Made by a program: the position numbers and the translations under genes
Part shown: piece by piece, positions 9,776 through 21,590 of the stretch
Position numbering within the stretch: position 1 is the stretch's first letter
Layout: each line of letters opens with the position of its first letter
The notes under the pieces: model-generated
Database searches by the model: none
Seen by the model: the letters and a program-made list of their open reading frames with translations, nothing else
What the model was told of the DNA's origin: nothing
Source: Flectonema sp. DT1601
Taxonomy: Eukaryota
Reading direction: 5' to 3'
DNA length: 64,000 nt
Assembly (NCBI GenBank): GCA_964019425.1
Contig: OZ025791.1
Location: 992,001 to 1,056,000, forward strand

Positions 9776-12204
9776 TTTGTGATGGTACCCTTTTGTCTAA
9801 TTGGAAATTAACAAAAAAGAAACATAGTTTAGTTTAGTTAATTTCCATAATGGAACATAATGGATCTCGGTTCTCGCAGGGATCCGAAATTCAAAATGCG
9901 CATTCAAACTAGTGTGCAACTGGAAAAGAAACAGAACAAATGAAACAATAACAGAAACAGAAATTTTAAACAAAATCAACGCCTCGATAGAATACGTCAC
10001 GAGAAAGCAAATAATAATAACAATTTAAAGAGTACAACTGAGCCGTCACAATTAAAAAAAAAAAAAAAAAAAATCTGACCCGTTTACGGGTGGTAAAAAT
10101 ATCAGGCAAGTAACAACGTCAAAAAAAAAACAAATCAAAAAAGTGAGAAGATAAAAAGAAGTTCGTACGATGACTGACTGGGAATTATAAGCTAAAGAAG
10201 TGCTGAACTTCATTAGAGCGACGTATCAAGAAGACTATCAACCCAAATGTTGATTGTTATTGACAAGGAACTTTATAAAAACGTTCCTTCTCAAGTAGAA
10301 TCATCTGGCTGCACTCATCAGAGGATCAATCACGTGATATCCACAAAACAAGACTACTCTTGTGATGAGTATCGTTAGTAATAAATGCCGAGGATAAATT
10401 GATACTTTCTTTTTGAGATCTTACATAGGATGGCAAACTACTGCCACCCGCCTGCAAACTGCTAGCTGACTGGTCAGCTCCCAATCAAATACCGTGATTT
10501 CGATCTCTATCATGTGCAATAAGTTTGCACTTTCGCTGCGGTTTCTTGAAAGGGGAGGGTACAAGGAAGACAAAACAACGAACCGAAATAACTAAACTGC
10601 TCATACTACTAAACTTGGGGGGGGAAAAAAAACAAATAAAATGACAAAAAGAAACGTGAGCGCAGTGCACATAAGCGAATAATGATCAACTCCGCAATCC
10701 GTTCTATATCGTTCGACAAGTACTTTTGCCAGCCAAAAAAAAAAGAAAAAAAACTAGTGAGGATTGCACTGATTCCACTACGACGATCGCTTCTGCATCT
10801 GCGACTGTTACGAGTGGTAAAGCGGCTACAACTCGACTCGGACGTATTACGTTATAAACACAAACCAAATGGCTTACAAAAAAAAAAACACTTTTTCACC
10901 CAACAAAAAACAACCAGCGTGAATTGGCTTCCAATACACGCTCCTAACCTTATTCAATAATTCAGATTGTTCAAAAAGAAATAGTAATAAACAAAAGAAA
11001 TACATCGAAGAGCCACGAGGGATTATATCACAAGCAGATGTCAGTTTCTCCATTCCAATGAAACACTACAAAAGAATCTGTTGTCAGAAGTGAATAGTAG
11101 TGCAGGTAAAAAACCAATGGGAAATGGAAAATTTTAACGAGATTTACTTGGTCAGAAGCGCGCGCAACAAAGCCTTCAAGATAACAATCACAAATTATGT
11201 TGTGGGACACTGACGTACTACAGTACAGAAGTAGACCACAAAACGTTCTGACAGAGAGAGCAAACTACTGCAGTATACAGTCCACAAAAAAAATAAACAA
11301 TAAAAAAAAAAGGGAAAACTTGATACAATTTTTGAGGGGTGAAAGGAAACGTTAAGAACAATTCCTCCCCCCAACCGTGAGCAGGAAATTTAATTTCTGC
11401 CCTGAACTATAATGCTAGGAAATGCTTCTGGTGAGTCAAACTTCCAGCAGTCGGGCTCAATGATGTCTCGTGGGGGGGTGTTGTTTTAGAAAACACTAAT
11501 CACAACGATGACACAGACTGATAGGATCACTAAGAAAGGAAAGAACCCAGAGAGGAAATTGTAAGTTTCGGACACTCCCCTCTCGTCGAAGCTTTCTCCT
11601 AAGCCAGCGATGTAGACTGATTAGTAGTGATTCGCCAAAGACAATAATCGGCTCCGGAGATAACAACTAAATCTACATCAGGCTGTCAGATCTTCCATCA
11701 CATCATAGTATTATATATAAATATCAATACATACAAGATGCTAACTAATGAGTAAGCAGTTAGTATATTAGTTAGTTCACAAATCACCTATTCATCAGAA
11801 TTGTCCTCAAAATCAAAATTTCTACTCCACGATAATTGCAATATAGGAAAGGGAAAACAAAACTAAACCATAAAAGAAATGCTCTAAAGCGGGGTAAAAA
11901 AATTAACAGTAAGAGTTATTTTTAAAATACAATTTTTTTTCTTTATATTAAAACAATCGATAAACCACGTTTCGATTGTAGGAGAGATTCACAATCAACT
12001 AGTCTTTCAGCGTCATTATTGATGTGATACAATTATAGCAATATTTGTCACGACAAGAGACGGTATGAAAGCATTCACAATTCACATTCTTTTTGTATGT
12101 AACCCTGTGCAGTAATAATCTACACATTCTGGTCTGTTTCACAAGGTTCAGTTTTACCACTGCCGTTTATGTTTTTTTTTTTGTGTGGTATAAAGACACA
12201 ACGA

Positions 12205-14973
12205 TTACCAGGTTCCCATTTCGTATTCATGCTGCGTGTCGTTATAATTACTACTGCTGTGTCGTCTACTCCAATCTCTGTCGTAGTTATTGTGATAGTC
12301 TGGCTGTACATGATCTGGATTAACGTGTGAAGTACTGCCTCCTGGATAATAATCATAATTTGTGTATCTATCTCCTCTGATACTACTTTGTGGAATACTT
12401 TGATGACTTCCATAAATAGAAAGAAGATTATGACCACTTTCATAATTATTACTTAAACTAGCTCTATGATCATATTGTGAAGACCCACCATTTGGATTAT
12501 CTAACTGTTGGATAGCATTATCAGCTGACGGGTCGTATTTGGTGTCGGAATGCTCGAAGAGGACGTGGCGTGATGGACGTTTTTTTGAGCTTCGATATTT
12601 CCAAAACACCAACCCAGAAGCCACTACGAGGACAACAACTACTACAGCAATCCAAGCACCATTACCACCTGATGAAGAACCTGACGGGACATCTGGTGGC
12701 AGTGTCGCATCCATCATAGGAGGTGGTAGGCTCGTCTTCTTCACTGGTGTCGGAGTCACTGGAATCGGTTTGGGAGTAGCGGGAATTGGTTTCGGAGTTA
12801 TCGCAACAGGAATCGGAGTCGTTGCTGGGGGTTTTGGTGTTATGATAGCGGGTTTTGGCGTAGGGGGAGGCGGAGGTGAATTTGTCTTCGGAATACTTGT
12901 TACTGGAATGTTCGTAACAACGGGACTGCTGCTGGTTGGGATCGTCGCCGGAACGTTAGTTGCGGGTTTTGTAGTTCCACTGTTGACTGTTGGTGTATTT
13001 GTGATGGGTATTTGAGCCGCTGGCTGAGGAGTTGGAACAAGAGTCGGTATATCAGTTGGTGTTGCTGTCGGAATAGAAGTACTTGTTGGACTATCAGTTG
13101 GGGTACCAGTGGAAGGTACTGAATTCGGGATGGCGGTTGGCGCAGGAACAGAAGTTGGGATCACAGTCGCAGCTATTGGCTGAGCTGTAGGTGGGGATGT
13201 TGGCATATCTGTCGGTACCGCTGTCGGCATTGCTGTCGGAATCGCTGTCGGAATCACTGTCGGAATCGCTGTTGGAATGTTTGTCGGAATCGGGATCGCT
13301 GTCGGATTCGCTGTTGGAATATTTGTCGGAATTGCTGTTGGGATTGCAGTGGGGACAGCTGTGGGAATTGCAGTAGTTGGGATTACAGTCGGCACAGCAG
13401 TTGGAACGGCAGTTGGAACCGCAGTTGGAACGGCAGTTGGAACGGCAGTTGGAACGGCTGTTGGTATGAGTGTTGGAATTGGTGTCTCGGGAATAGGAGT
13501 CGTTGGGATATCAGTTGGAGGTGCTGGTGTCGGAGGCGGGTAAATGAGGTTCCCGAGTTGCACAAAACCTAAGTTGTTTCCCATATCTCCGAGTGTTGCT
13601 CCCCTTGACTTGGTATCTTCATATCCAAGTTGTCCTATATTCCCCTGACCCCAACACTTCACACCTGACCTTCTGAAGGAAACACACACGTGGTGGAAAC
13701 CAACCGCAAGATGCTCAGCAAAGAGATTGTCACCGAGATTGATCGGCGGTGAGTCTTTCGGAGGACCCTTCACTTGACTAGTTGACTCGTAACCGAGCTC
13801 ACCAAATGAATTTCCTCCCCAGCATTTGACCGTTCCCGCGGAAAACATCGCGCAAGTGAAGTCATCACCGCAGCCGACAGCTACCGCCGTGTCAGTTCCG
13901 ATATCGAGTTTCTGAGGATCGATTTCAATTGTTGCAGAAGTACCAATTCCAATCTGAGCATCAGTATTGTCTCCCCAGCACCATATTTCCTTTAAAGCTG
14001 TGATAATACAATTGTGTCGACTACCAGAACAGATTTCAATTGCGGACTCGTTTTGGAAGTTCAGGTCAGGGATGTTTTGCATCTCACCAGCTGCATCACC
14101 ACAGCGGCTGTTTGTACAAACTGCTGCATCGTACCAACCCAACTGTCCCTGACTGGATTCTCCCCAGCAGCGAACCCTACCAACTTTTGATCCTCCAACA
14201 ACTGTTTCAATGATGGCACAGGTGTGTTTCTCACCTAAAGTGACGTGCGTTGCTTTGGTTCCAACAGCGAACACAGGAGTAGTAACAGAAGGAAGTTGTA
14301 ATGGAATATTACTATCTAATCCTAACTGTCCTTGAGTATTTAATCCCCAGCAGTGAAGAGTAAAGTAAAGACTCCTAATCACACAAGTGTGAGCATCACC
14401 TGTTGCAACTCGAAAAGATCGAAAAGACTGAAAAGTCTGAAAGATGTGAGGAAGAGAACTCCCCATTCCATTAGGTGTGGTACCGCGATTTGTGGTATCA
14501 TTGAGGCCAAGTTGCCCATCAGAATTCTCACCCCAACATTTTAGCTCGTCAGTTCCTCCACAAGTTATCCCACACGATGCTAGGATTGCACAAGTAAAGT
14601 CTTTACCAGCAGCAATTGGTATAGTGTAGTCAGGTGACGACATGTCAATGTGATGAATTAGTCCTCCGAGATCGATCCTACTGAGACCTGACCCCATCGT
14701 TCCGACAGCAGCTCCATAAGGCGTCGTATCTCCCTGTCCGAGTGCCCCTTGTTGATTAGCTCCCCAGCATTTCAAAACCCATGTCTCTGGACTCGGAATG
14801 TACACAAGTAATAGTGCACAACTGTGTCGCTTACCTAGAGTCAGGTACTTGACTTCTAACTCCAGAGCTGCGTCAGTTGGTTTTGTAAAGAGAGCGGCAA
14901 ATATCAACAACAATGCGAACAGTCGAGCGGACAGCCGCGGTTGTTCTCGGCAGCTCCCTGATCCGCCGGGCAT
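12205..14973 (-). CDS. Type I membrane protein: signal peptide, RCC1/BLIP-II-like beta-propeller, Pro/Thr-rich stalk, TM and cytoplasmic tail
   Basis: About 7 repeats of H[ST]CA..[KR]CWG.N..GQLG, then PTA(V/I) repeats, then TM WIAVVVVVLVVASGLVFW followed by KYRSSKK. Confidence 0.88.
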   Translation of the reverse strand: MPGGSGSCREQPRLSARLFALLLIFAALFTKPTDAALELEVKYLTLGKRHSCALLLVYIPSPETWVLKCWGANQQGALGQGDTTPYGAAVGTMGSGLSRIDLGGLIHHIDMSSPDYTIPIAAGKDFTCAILASCGITCGGTDELKCWGENSDGQLGLNDTTNRGTTPNGMGSSLPHIFQTFQSFRSFRVATGDAHTCVIRSLYFTLHCWGLNTQGQLGLDSNIPLQLPSVTTPVFAVGTKATHVTLGEKHTCAIIETVVGGSKVGRVRCWGESSQGQLGWYDAAVCTNSRCGDAAGEMQNIPDLNFQNESAIEICSGSRHNCIITALKEIWCWGDNTDAQIGIGTSATIEIDPQKLDIGTDTAVAVGCGDDFTCAMFSAGTVKCWGGNSFGELGYESTSQVKGPPKDSPPINLGDNLFAEHLAVGFHHVCVSFRRSGVKCWGQGNIGQLGYEDTKSRGATLGDMGNNLGFVQLGNLIYPPPTPAPPTDIPTTPIPETPIPTLIPTAVPTAVPTAVPTAVPTAVPTAVPTVIPTTAIPTAVPTAIPTAIPTNIPTANPTAIPIPTNIPTAIPTVIPTAIPTAMPTAVPTDMPTSPPTAQPIAATVIPTSVPAPTAIPNSVPSTGTPTDSPTSTSIPTATPTDIPTLVPTPQPAAQIPITNTPTVNSGTTKPATNVPATIPTSSSPVVTNIPVTSIPKTNSPPPPPTPKPAIITPKPPATTPIPVAITPKPIPATPKPIPVTPTPVKKTSLPPPMMDATLPPDVPSGSSSGGNGAWIAVVVVVLVVASGLVFWKYRSSKKRPSRHVLFEHSDTKYDPSADNAIQQLDNPNGGSSQYDHRASLSNNYESGHNLLSIYGSHQSIPQSSIRGDRYTNYDYYPGGSTSHVNPDHVQPDYHNNYDRDWSRRHSSSNYNDTQHEYEMGTW
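13190..13470 (-). repeat. Coding 12-bp tandem repeats encoding PTA(V/I)
   Basis: Repeated gcagttggaacg and gctgtcggaatc units. Confidence 0.85.
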
Positions 14974-15482
14974 TGTTGAACTGAATGGAAAAAGAAATAA
15001 AGAACAGCGACCACATCGATAATTCTGTTACATAGCAACACTGAAAGTGTAGGTGTAGGCCTTATATATTAAGTTCTTGAATAAAGGAATTAATATCAAT
15101 CACAATAACAACCAATAATAAGTAACGTCATCGAAGGAGTGCGTCGTGCTGCCTCCGTTCTCTTACTGGCTCGTTTTGTAAGCAGCCAACTTTTACATCG
15201 GCTTCGAAAATGGTAAAATTACTAAATAAAATATCACTTCTAATCAGCTCCTCTGCTTGTCCTCGCAGTCCAACTTTGGACTTTCTCCGACCCCATTTTC
15301 TTTTTTTTTATTTTTTAAGTGTTTTTTTTCTTTTTTTTTTCATTATTGTACGATGACATTGGCTGTCGGTCAATTTTAATCCAGGGAGACAGTTTTTTTG
15401 CTGTGACCACTTCGGTAGTTTAGATGTTCAAGCTGTCATAATTAACATTTATTACGATCAATGAGATGCTGCTGTTTGCTAC

Positions 15483-16334
15483 CTATGCGAGAGTGATCCT
15501 ATCAACAACAGCGAGAGTGTTTAGACAGCTTCTGTAGTGAAGGTGTTCAATCATCTGACCATCGAGTACAGCGATACCAGGGTGAGAACCTTCTTCACCA
15601 GCACCTTCCCATGCATCTACTACAGCTTGCGCTCTCTTAATGACTTCCTCAGAAGGGCTGAACACTTTGTTAACAACTTCAATCTGTGCTGGATGTATGC
15701 AAGTCTTTCCATCATAACCTCGTGTGACAGCTGTTTGTGACTGAGCAGCTAATCCTTCGAGATCTTTAAATGATGAGAAAACACCATCCAGTATTGGTAT
15801 CTTACAAGACTTAGCAGACAGAACTACTTGATTTAACATTTGAAATAACATCTCTTCACAAACTGGAACACCAGAAGAAGACTGGAGATCAGCAGACAAG
15901 TCTTGAGTCCCAGCGATAATCCCGGTGCTAGCGCGGGCGATTTCATGGCTGTGAAGAACCCCAGTTGGAGTTTCTACCATCGACCAAAAACCTTCTTCCG
16001 GAAGATCTTTATCAACGTACTCAACTTTTGGGATACAAAGTTCACTTGCTTTCAGTCCAGCTAGACGGAGATCGCTGTAGTCTTTCGCTCCCCAAGGCGA
16101 TCCACTAATGCTGTTAATCCTCACTACTATTTCTGATTTATTGGTATCCCACTCTTCAAGCCCAGATAATATATTACTTCTCGCCTCTTCTTTCTTATCA
16201 GGGTGTACGGCGTCTTCCAAATCAATTATCACCAAGTCCGCACCGGTTACACCACTTAGTGCCTTAGTCATTGCTTTCTTATTACTGGCAGGGCAGTACA
16301 GTGCCGAGCGGGGGAATAGTCGAGCAGTCTGCAT
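15483..16334 (-). CDS. citE: Citrate lyase beta-subunit-like / HpcH-HpaI family CoA-ester lyase (CitE/CLYBL-like)
   Basis: RSALYCPAS, DLEDAV, VRIN, PKVE, MVETP, GTQDLSADL and GYDGKTCIHPAQI motifs. Confidence 0.9.
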   Translation of the reverse strand: MQTARLFPRSALYCPASNKKAMTKALSGVTGADLVIIDLEDAVHPDKKEEARSNILSGLEEWDTNKSEIVVRINSISGSPWGAKDYSDLRLAGLKASELCIPKVEYVDKDLPEEGFWSMVETPTGVLHSHEIARASTGIIAGTQDLSADLQSSSGVPVCEEMLFQMLNQVVLSAKSCKIPILDGVFSSFKDLEGLAAQSQTAVTRGYDGKTCIHPAQIEVVNKVFSPSEEVIKRAQAVVDAWEGAGEEGSHPGIAVLDGQMIEHLHYRSCLNTLAVVDRITLA

Positions 16335-17224
16335 TGTGTTTGTCAGTCTCAGTCTTTAGGATGAGAATTAAATAAAGTTACCAACAACTACAGAAGTAAG
16401 TCAGATGATACTACAAACCTGTGGAAGGCGAGTAAATTAAAATAATAAATCTCCAATCCAACAACAGCTTTCAAACAATCACTAAAACAACAAAAGTACA
16501 ACTGAAGAAGAAGTGATACACTTGTAAATTTACATCTTACTTTATTTTATTTTAAAAATTGCCGCGTTTTTTTTTTTTTTGTTTCTTCTTCTTTTTTTTT
16601 TTTTTTGGTTCCTTCTTTCCTAAGAAGCAAAAATAAATCGCCAGAGTAGAAGACAAAACCACAGTAAGACTCAGTTAGCGTCCATAATGGGAAGTGAAAT
16701 AACAACTTCGCTAAATATTTTGAAACAGACAGAGGGCTGTTATTCTCGAGGAGGGTTTTCTTATTCGGCTACCCCAGCGACCATTCTATTCGGTTCGTTC
16801 TCTCCAAACCATTAAATGGAAAATAAAGAAAGGGAAAAAAAAAGACAGTTTTTTTTTTTTTTTTAAAATTTATAAACAAAAGAACAAAAGAATGGAATCA
16901 AAACAAAATTAAAGAAGACTCAATATTCGGCAGCCAGTTCGTAAATACGAGTACTTCACAACAACAGAACGGAGTCAACCCGACAGCCGCACAATTAGTG
17001 GCAGTCAGCTGGCAGCAAGACTATCACATTCTGGTACAAGAACATAATAATTCGTGTCGGCATATTTATGTATAAGTTGGTGTTAGTCCTTTAGAAAGTC
17101 TGCTAATAACGAACTGACAGTCCGTTGCCGCAGAGTTCATAACGTATTAGATGATATCACATCTAACACAGAAAGTGGAATGTAAAGAATGTATCTCTGT
17201 TTCTGTTGATCCTCAGCAGGATAC

Positions 17225-19294
17225 TCACAGCTGATTAAAATGAAGCGAAGAGGAACCATCGTCGTCTGAAACAGAAGAAGAAAGTTCATTAAATATATGA
17301 GAGGCATCAGAGCACTGTGTTGTTGCAACTGTTCGTGATGGAGAAGTATGCGAGTACATCTCACTACTGAAGATCGTATGAGTAGAGGAGTAGTCACTTC
17401 GACCATCATCATGAGTTTCTGGAGAGCTCTCTTTCGTTCTAAAGGACAATGTCGTCAGCAGGTTGGGTGAATCTGCCGGCGAAGGAGGCGCAGCTGATCC
17501 GTGAGAAGATGCATTTGACGCGCTGCGCTGTGGGCGGTGTCCCGATGGAGACCGAAGACCACTGCTGTGCTGTGGAGTAATAATGATAGCGTGCTTTTCT
17601 TTTACTTCCGGAAGGCGTTGAGGGATTGTTTTCTCAACATCGTTCTTAGCTTCAGCAACAGCAGAATGAAGTGCTTTGTGCTGTTCCGTAATTTTTGCAT
17701 CTATCGGAGGAGGAACTTCTAGTACCGCACTGCTGCTGTTGATGTTGGTGCTGTTGTTGTTGGTGTTGTTGTTGTCGGTGCCATTCTTTTTGTTGGAAGC
17801 GCTACTCTCATTTTTCTCGTCGTGAAGAGGCATCGCACCATAGGTCTCGTTCGTGTCAACTGACGCGCTCCTCTTCGAAGTGCTTTTTGACGGACTCTTC
17901 GGAGGTGGCGCGCTCACTGGAGGATTCCTTTGTGCGTAAGTCCGCTGACCGAGTGCTGCTGGTAGGACGACGTGTCCCTTTTTATCGAACAGGACTGCTT
18001 TTGTATTTGGAGGTGGAATCCAACGGAAGGAATGAGAAATACGAGGCGTATCACGAGAATAGGAGTACTGATTCGGTCCGTTATCGAGAAGAGCAAGTGG
18101 GGCACTAGTGCCACGAACTGCTGAGCAGAATGGAACTATCTGAGATGGGGGTGACGATGAGCTCCATCGTGACATAGGTCGCGATGCTGAGTGAACTCGT
18201 CTTCTTGATGTACCATTAAGAGAAGACACATTGTCCTTGTGGACTAATTGAAACTGCTGTGAGAGTCTGAGGATACTTTCCTGCATGTGCTCAACTTCAT
18301 TTTGATGATCTACCGATGTCTGTTTTAACATCTCCACGTGATGAGTTTTCGTAATCTCCAAGCTTTGCTTTAGTACTTTCAGACGAGTTATTTCATCAGC
18401 TTGCTCAGTGTTGATCTGTTTAAGTTCTTCGAATTGCTTTCTCTTCGCTTTGTAACGTTTCTTTATATTAATGTAACGTTCTACTTGGTGTTGTCTTTCT
18501 TCTTCCTTGTGGCTGATATTTTCGGTCAGGACGGATATTTGTTTGTTGAAGTTTGAGAGCTGAGAATTGAATTCCAACTCATCACCTCTTCGAATGGTTT
18601 CAACGTCCTTGTCTCGCTGGGAGATGATATTTTTTAAATTTGTGACTTCCATGCGGAGTCTATCATTTTCTGAATTTGTGTCTTCATTTGCGAGTCTAAT
18701 TGACTTCAGCTGCGACTCTACACCAGCTGCTGCTATTCTATGTTGTGATAGCTCTTGTTCTCTCTCTCGTAGTCTTACTCGTTCGTCTTCTAGTTTTGAA
18801 GTTAGGTCAGCGATTTCTTGTCTTTTTACCTTCCCGAGTTCTTCTTGTGTTTTATTAACAGATAAACTCATCTCATCCCATTGTTTCATTGCGATGATGT
18901 ACTCTTGTCGCATGTCTTGTGTTAGTTGAATCCAATTCGCTTCCTTAGTTGCTGCTTCAGATAGTTTAGTAGACATTTGTTCCTCTCGAGTACGGAGGTC
19001 TGTTTCACGTTGCTTCAGCTGCATTCTCTGCTCTACGAAATGGTTTGCTGTTTCAGGCGTTTGAAAACTCGACGATCTCGCAACTGATCGCAAGGACTGC
19101 GGAGTACTCGTCCGCTCTCCTCCAAGACTTTCTGACAGACTCCTCCTACTCCTCTGCAAGCTGCCGCTCCTTTGTAAACTTGCGCTCCTCTGCACGCTCC
19201 CACTCAGAGACCCGCTCGGTGTTCGCCTGCTCGCATCTATCTTCTTTACCTTCTTCTTTGTCGCGTCATCCTTGTCTCTGTGTGACCTTCTCAT
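17225..19294 (-). CDS. Coiled-coil protein with Ser-rich disordered termini, function unknown
   Basis: Long ORF with about 270 aa of heptad-like E/K/Q-rich sequence. Likely start is ATG 19294, after a ttacag acceptor. A GTGAGT overlapping the stop could be a splice donor. Confidence 0.7.
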   Translation of the reverse strand: MRRSHRDKDDATKKKVKKIDASRRTPSGSLSGSVQRSASLQRSGSLQRSRRSLSESLGGERTSTPQSLRSVARSSSFQTPETANHFVEQRMQLKQRETDLRTREEQMSTKLSEAATKEANWIQLTQDMRQEYIIAMKQWDEMSLSVNKTQEELGKVKRQEIADLTSKLEDERVRLREREQELSQHRIAAAGVESQLKSIRLANEDTNSENDRLRMEVTNLKNIISQRDKDVETIRRGDELEFNSQLSNFNKQISVLTENISHKEEERQHQVERYINIKKRYKAKRKQFEELKQINTEQADEITRLKVLKQSLEITKTHHVEMLKQTSVDHQNEVEHMQESILRLSQQFQLVHKDNVSSLNGTSRRRVHSASRPMSRWSSSSPPSQIVPFCSAVRGTSAPLALLDNGPNQYSYSRDTPRISHSFRWIPPPNTKAVLFDKKGHVVLPAALGQRTYAQRNPPVSAPPPKSPSKSTSKRSASVDTNETYGAMPLHDEKNESSASNKKNGTDNNNTNNNSTNINSSSAVLEVPPPIDAKITEQHKALHSAVAEAKNDVEKTIPQRLPEVKEKHAIIITPQHSSGLRSPSGHRPQRSASNASSHGSAAPPSPADSPNLLTTLSFRTKESSPETHDDGRSDYSSTHTIFSSEMYSHTSPSRTVATTQCSDASHIFNELSSSVSDDDGSSSLHFNQL

Positions 19295-19804
19295 GGACAC
19301 CCCCCCTCCACCCTGTAAATAGTAATTAATTGTTAACATAAGAAGAAACTATTCATGTAGAACATTGCTACTGAAGTATCCGTTAAGCTAACCACTAAGG
19401 TATCTCTCTCTGTTTGATATATAAATAACTGCTGTAGGGTGTAACATAATTAGAATAGATGGAATAATTAAATGAAGTTGTTGTTAGTACGAATGGTGTT
19501 CGATTTGCGCCTCTCGATCTGTCACTACGACACTCGAAAGTCATGACGCTCCACAAAAGGGGAGAATACGTTTTGGTGTGTAGCTTTTAAACCGTTTTTT
19601 TTCTTTTCTTTTCTAGCTGCTTTTTCCTTTTGAAGATGTCAACATCGGTCTCCGGAAATATTTAGCCCCAGCTGAGGGATACCTGCTAATTAGCTTAGCA
19701 TTCCCAAACTGAGCGACTCTTGCTGACTGTGAATGATGCGGGTCTCTCACCCACTTTGGTGAAGCAACCACAACGCCAAATAACAACATAAATAAATAAA
19801 ATAC

Positions 19805-19838
<34 letters not shown>

Positions 19839-19938
19839 TTGCAATCGTTTCGTCTCGAGCAATGAAAATAAGTTAAATAAAGTACCAAAGTTGAGGTATT
19901 AAATAATTAGAAAGTCTCTTCAATAGTTTTGTTTCGAT

Positions 19939-20808
19939 CTATTGTTTTAGTATTGGATTTTGTTCTCGAGATTGACATATGAATAAGCAGCTGTCGTCAG
20001 ATCGTGAAGAGATAGATTCTAGTGAAGGCACCACATTACAATTATCGCACTCGAACACCATTTCCTGTCCACCGCAGTTTATAGAACTCTGTCCCTTGAG
20101 CTGCCATACAAAAGCTTCCTTATTCACATCACCCTTAAACGGTCCATCCCTTCCGTAGATGGTTACAATAAACTCACCTGAGAATAGCTCCAAGGGAGTA
20201 GTGTTGTACTTTTCTTCATTCTTTTTCAGCCAGTCCCTGAAAAGGAATGGGGAGCCAACATCAGTCTCGATGTCTATTTTTATTTTTGGTTCGCCAATGT
20301 CGGATTCTGGAACACGTGTTTTGTGTGCTTCAGAAGCGAAGTATTCTTTAATTACAGGACCGAGTTGTGTACCTAAATCTTGGCAGTAGAACCAACGTTC
20401 ATACAAGACTTTCTCATTGCTGTCATCAACGTACCAACGAACGCAATCTAATTCACTCTCTAGTCGCTCTCTCTCGATAACGAGTCCGACGGATCCTTCA
20501 TTTGGTCTGTTTGGTGAGTGAGGTATCCTCGCTGGAAGCACAAATATCTCTCCTTCTTTAATTGGAATGTCTTTCGGCTTTCCCTTTTCCATAATCTTCA
20601 GAAGCATGTCTCCTTTCAACTGAAGGAATATCTCTTCTCCCTCCTCAATGTGATAGTCTTTTCTTACATTTGGTCCTCCAACGAACATCACTTTATGCTG
20701 AAGCTTGTCCCCGTACATTAATTTGTTGCACACTGGTGGTACGAACGATCCTTCATTCTCGCCAATCCATTTCTGCATAGAAATGGGCTCATGTTTGTAC
20801 TGCGCCAT
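19939..20808 (-). CDS. HAAO: 3-hydroxyanthranilate 3,4-dioxygenase
   Basis: PPVCNKLM, VGGPNVRKDYHIEEGEEIFLQLKGDM, LPARIPHSP, GLVIER and DLGTQL motifs. ATG at 20808. Confidence 0.95.
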   Translation of the reverse strand: MAQYKHEPISMQKWIGENEGSFVPPVCNKLMYGDKLQHKVMFVGGPNVRKDYHIEEGEEIFLQLKGDMLLKIMEKGKPKDIPIKEGEIFVLPARIPHSPNRPNEGSVGLVIERERLESELDCVRWYVDDSNEKVLYERWFYCQDLGTQLGPVIKEYFASEAHKTRVPESDIGEPKIKIDIETDVGSPFLFRDWLKKNEEKYNTTPLELFSGEFIVTIYGRDGPFKGDVNKEAFVWQLKGQSSINCGGQEMVFECDNCNVVPSLESISSRSDDSCLFICQSREQNPILKQ

Positions 20809-21590
20809 TAGATATTTGTGTGACTGAAAATAAACATTGAGGTCACATAAATTCAATCAAATTAAGTCAGCCAATCCAATTTCAAGTGGGGTCATTGCAG
20901 CTTCTGACAATTTATTTGACTTGTAGCTTGACGGAATAAAAGAATGTCACAAAACAGATTTCTCTCTTACAGAATCACTAAAAACACATGCTGAAGCACT
21001 TGGTGAACTACCGAGACAATACCCACCAATACGCAAAAGTACGGACGTGTGAAGACTTTCCATTTTCCGAGAAGCACTCGTCACCTTCACGAAACGCACT
21101 TTATTTCTTTTATTTGCGGAAACTCACATCATTGCCTCGGATCGTCGAGGGTTGGAAGTGAATTAGTAATCCATTACAAGCGTTTCGATCTTTTGGGCTC
21201 GTCGGTGAGTGGGAACTTCTGTTCAAGTAAGCACAGAGATACACAGTTTAACACGTCGAGGGGTTGTTGTTGGGGGTGTGTACAAAGACAGAAGTGTCTG
21301 TCAAGTGGGGGAAACGCCGAGAAAAGGTCGACAGCTGATTTGAAGCAGCGGTTCGTTTGTACACAAATACGAGCCGAGTGCAGCCAACGGATCATTGCCG
21401 CTACTTTTGTACTTTGACAAACAAAAAATTGTTGTGTTAAACAATAAAAAGAAAAGCGAAAGAAAAAAATGTTTAAAAAGATTTCAAAGTCAAGCCTGCT
21501 TATAAGACTGCAGGGCCTACCCGGATAGAGTAACTGAACTTCTCGTAACGAAAGGTTCTCTTTGTGTGAATCCCACAGAGAGACGAAAAC

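Noticed and set aside
12539..13543. Plus-strand Gly/Val/Thr-rich ORFs; CRISPR-like periodicity
   Set aside because: Antisense of the PT stalk; the repeats are contiguous with no unique spacers and there are no cas genes.
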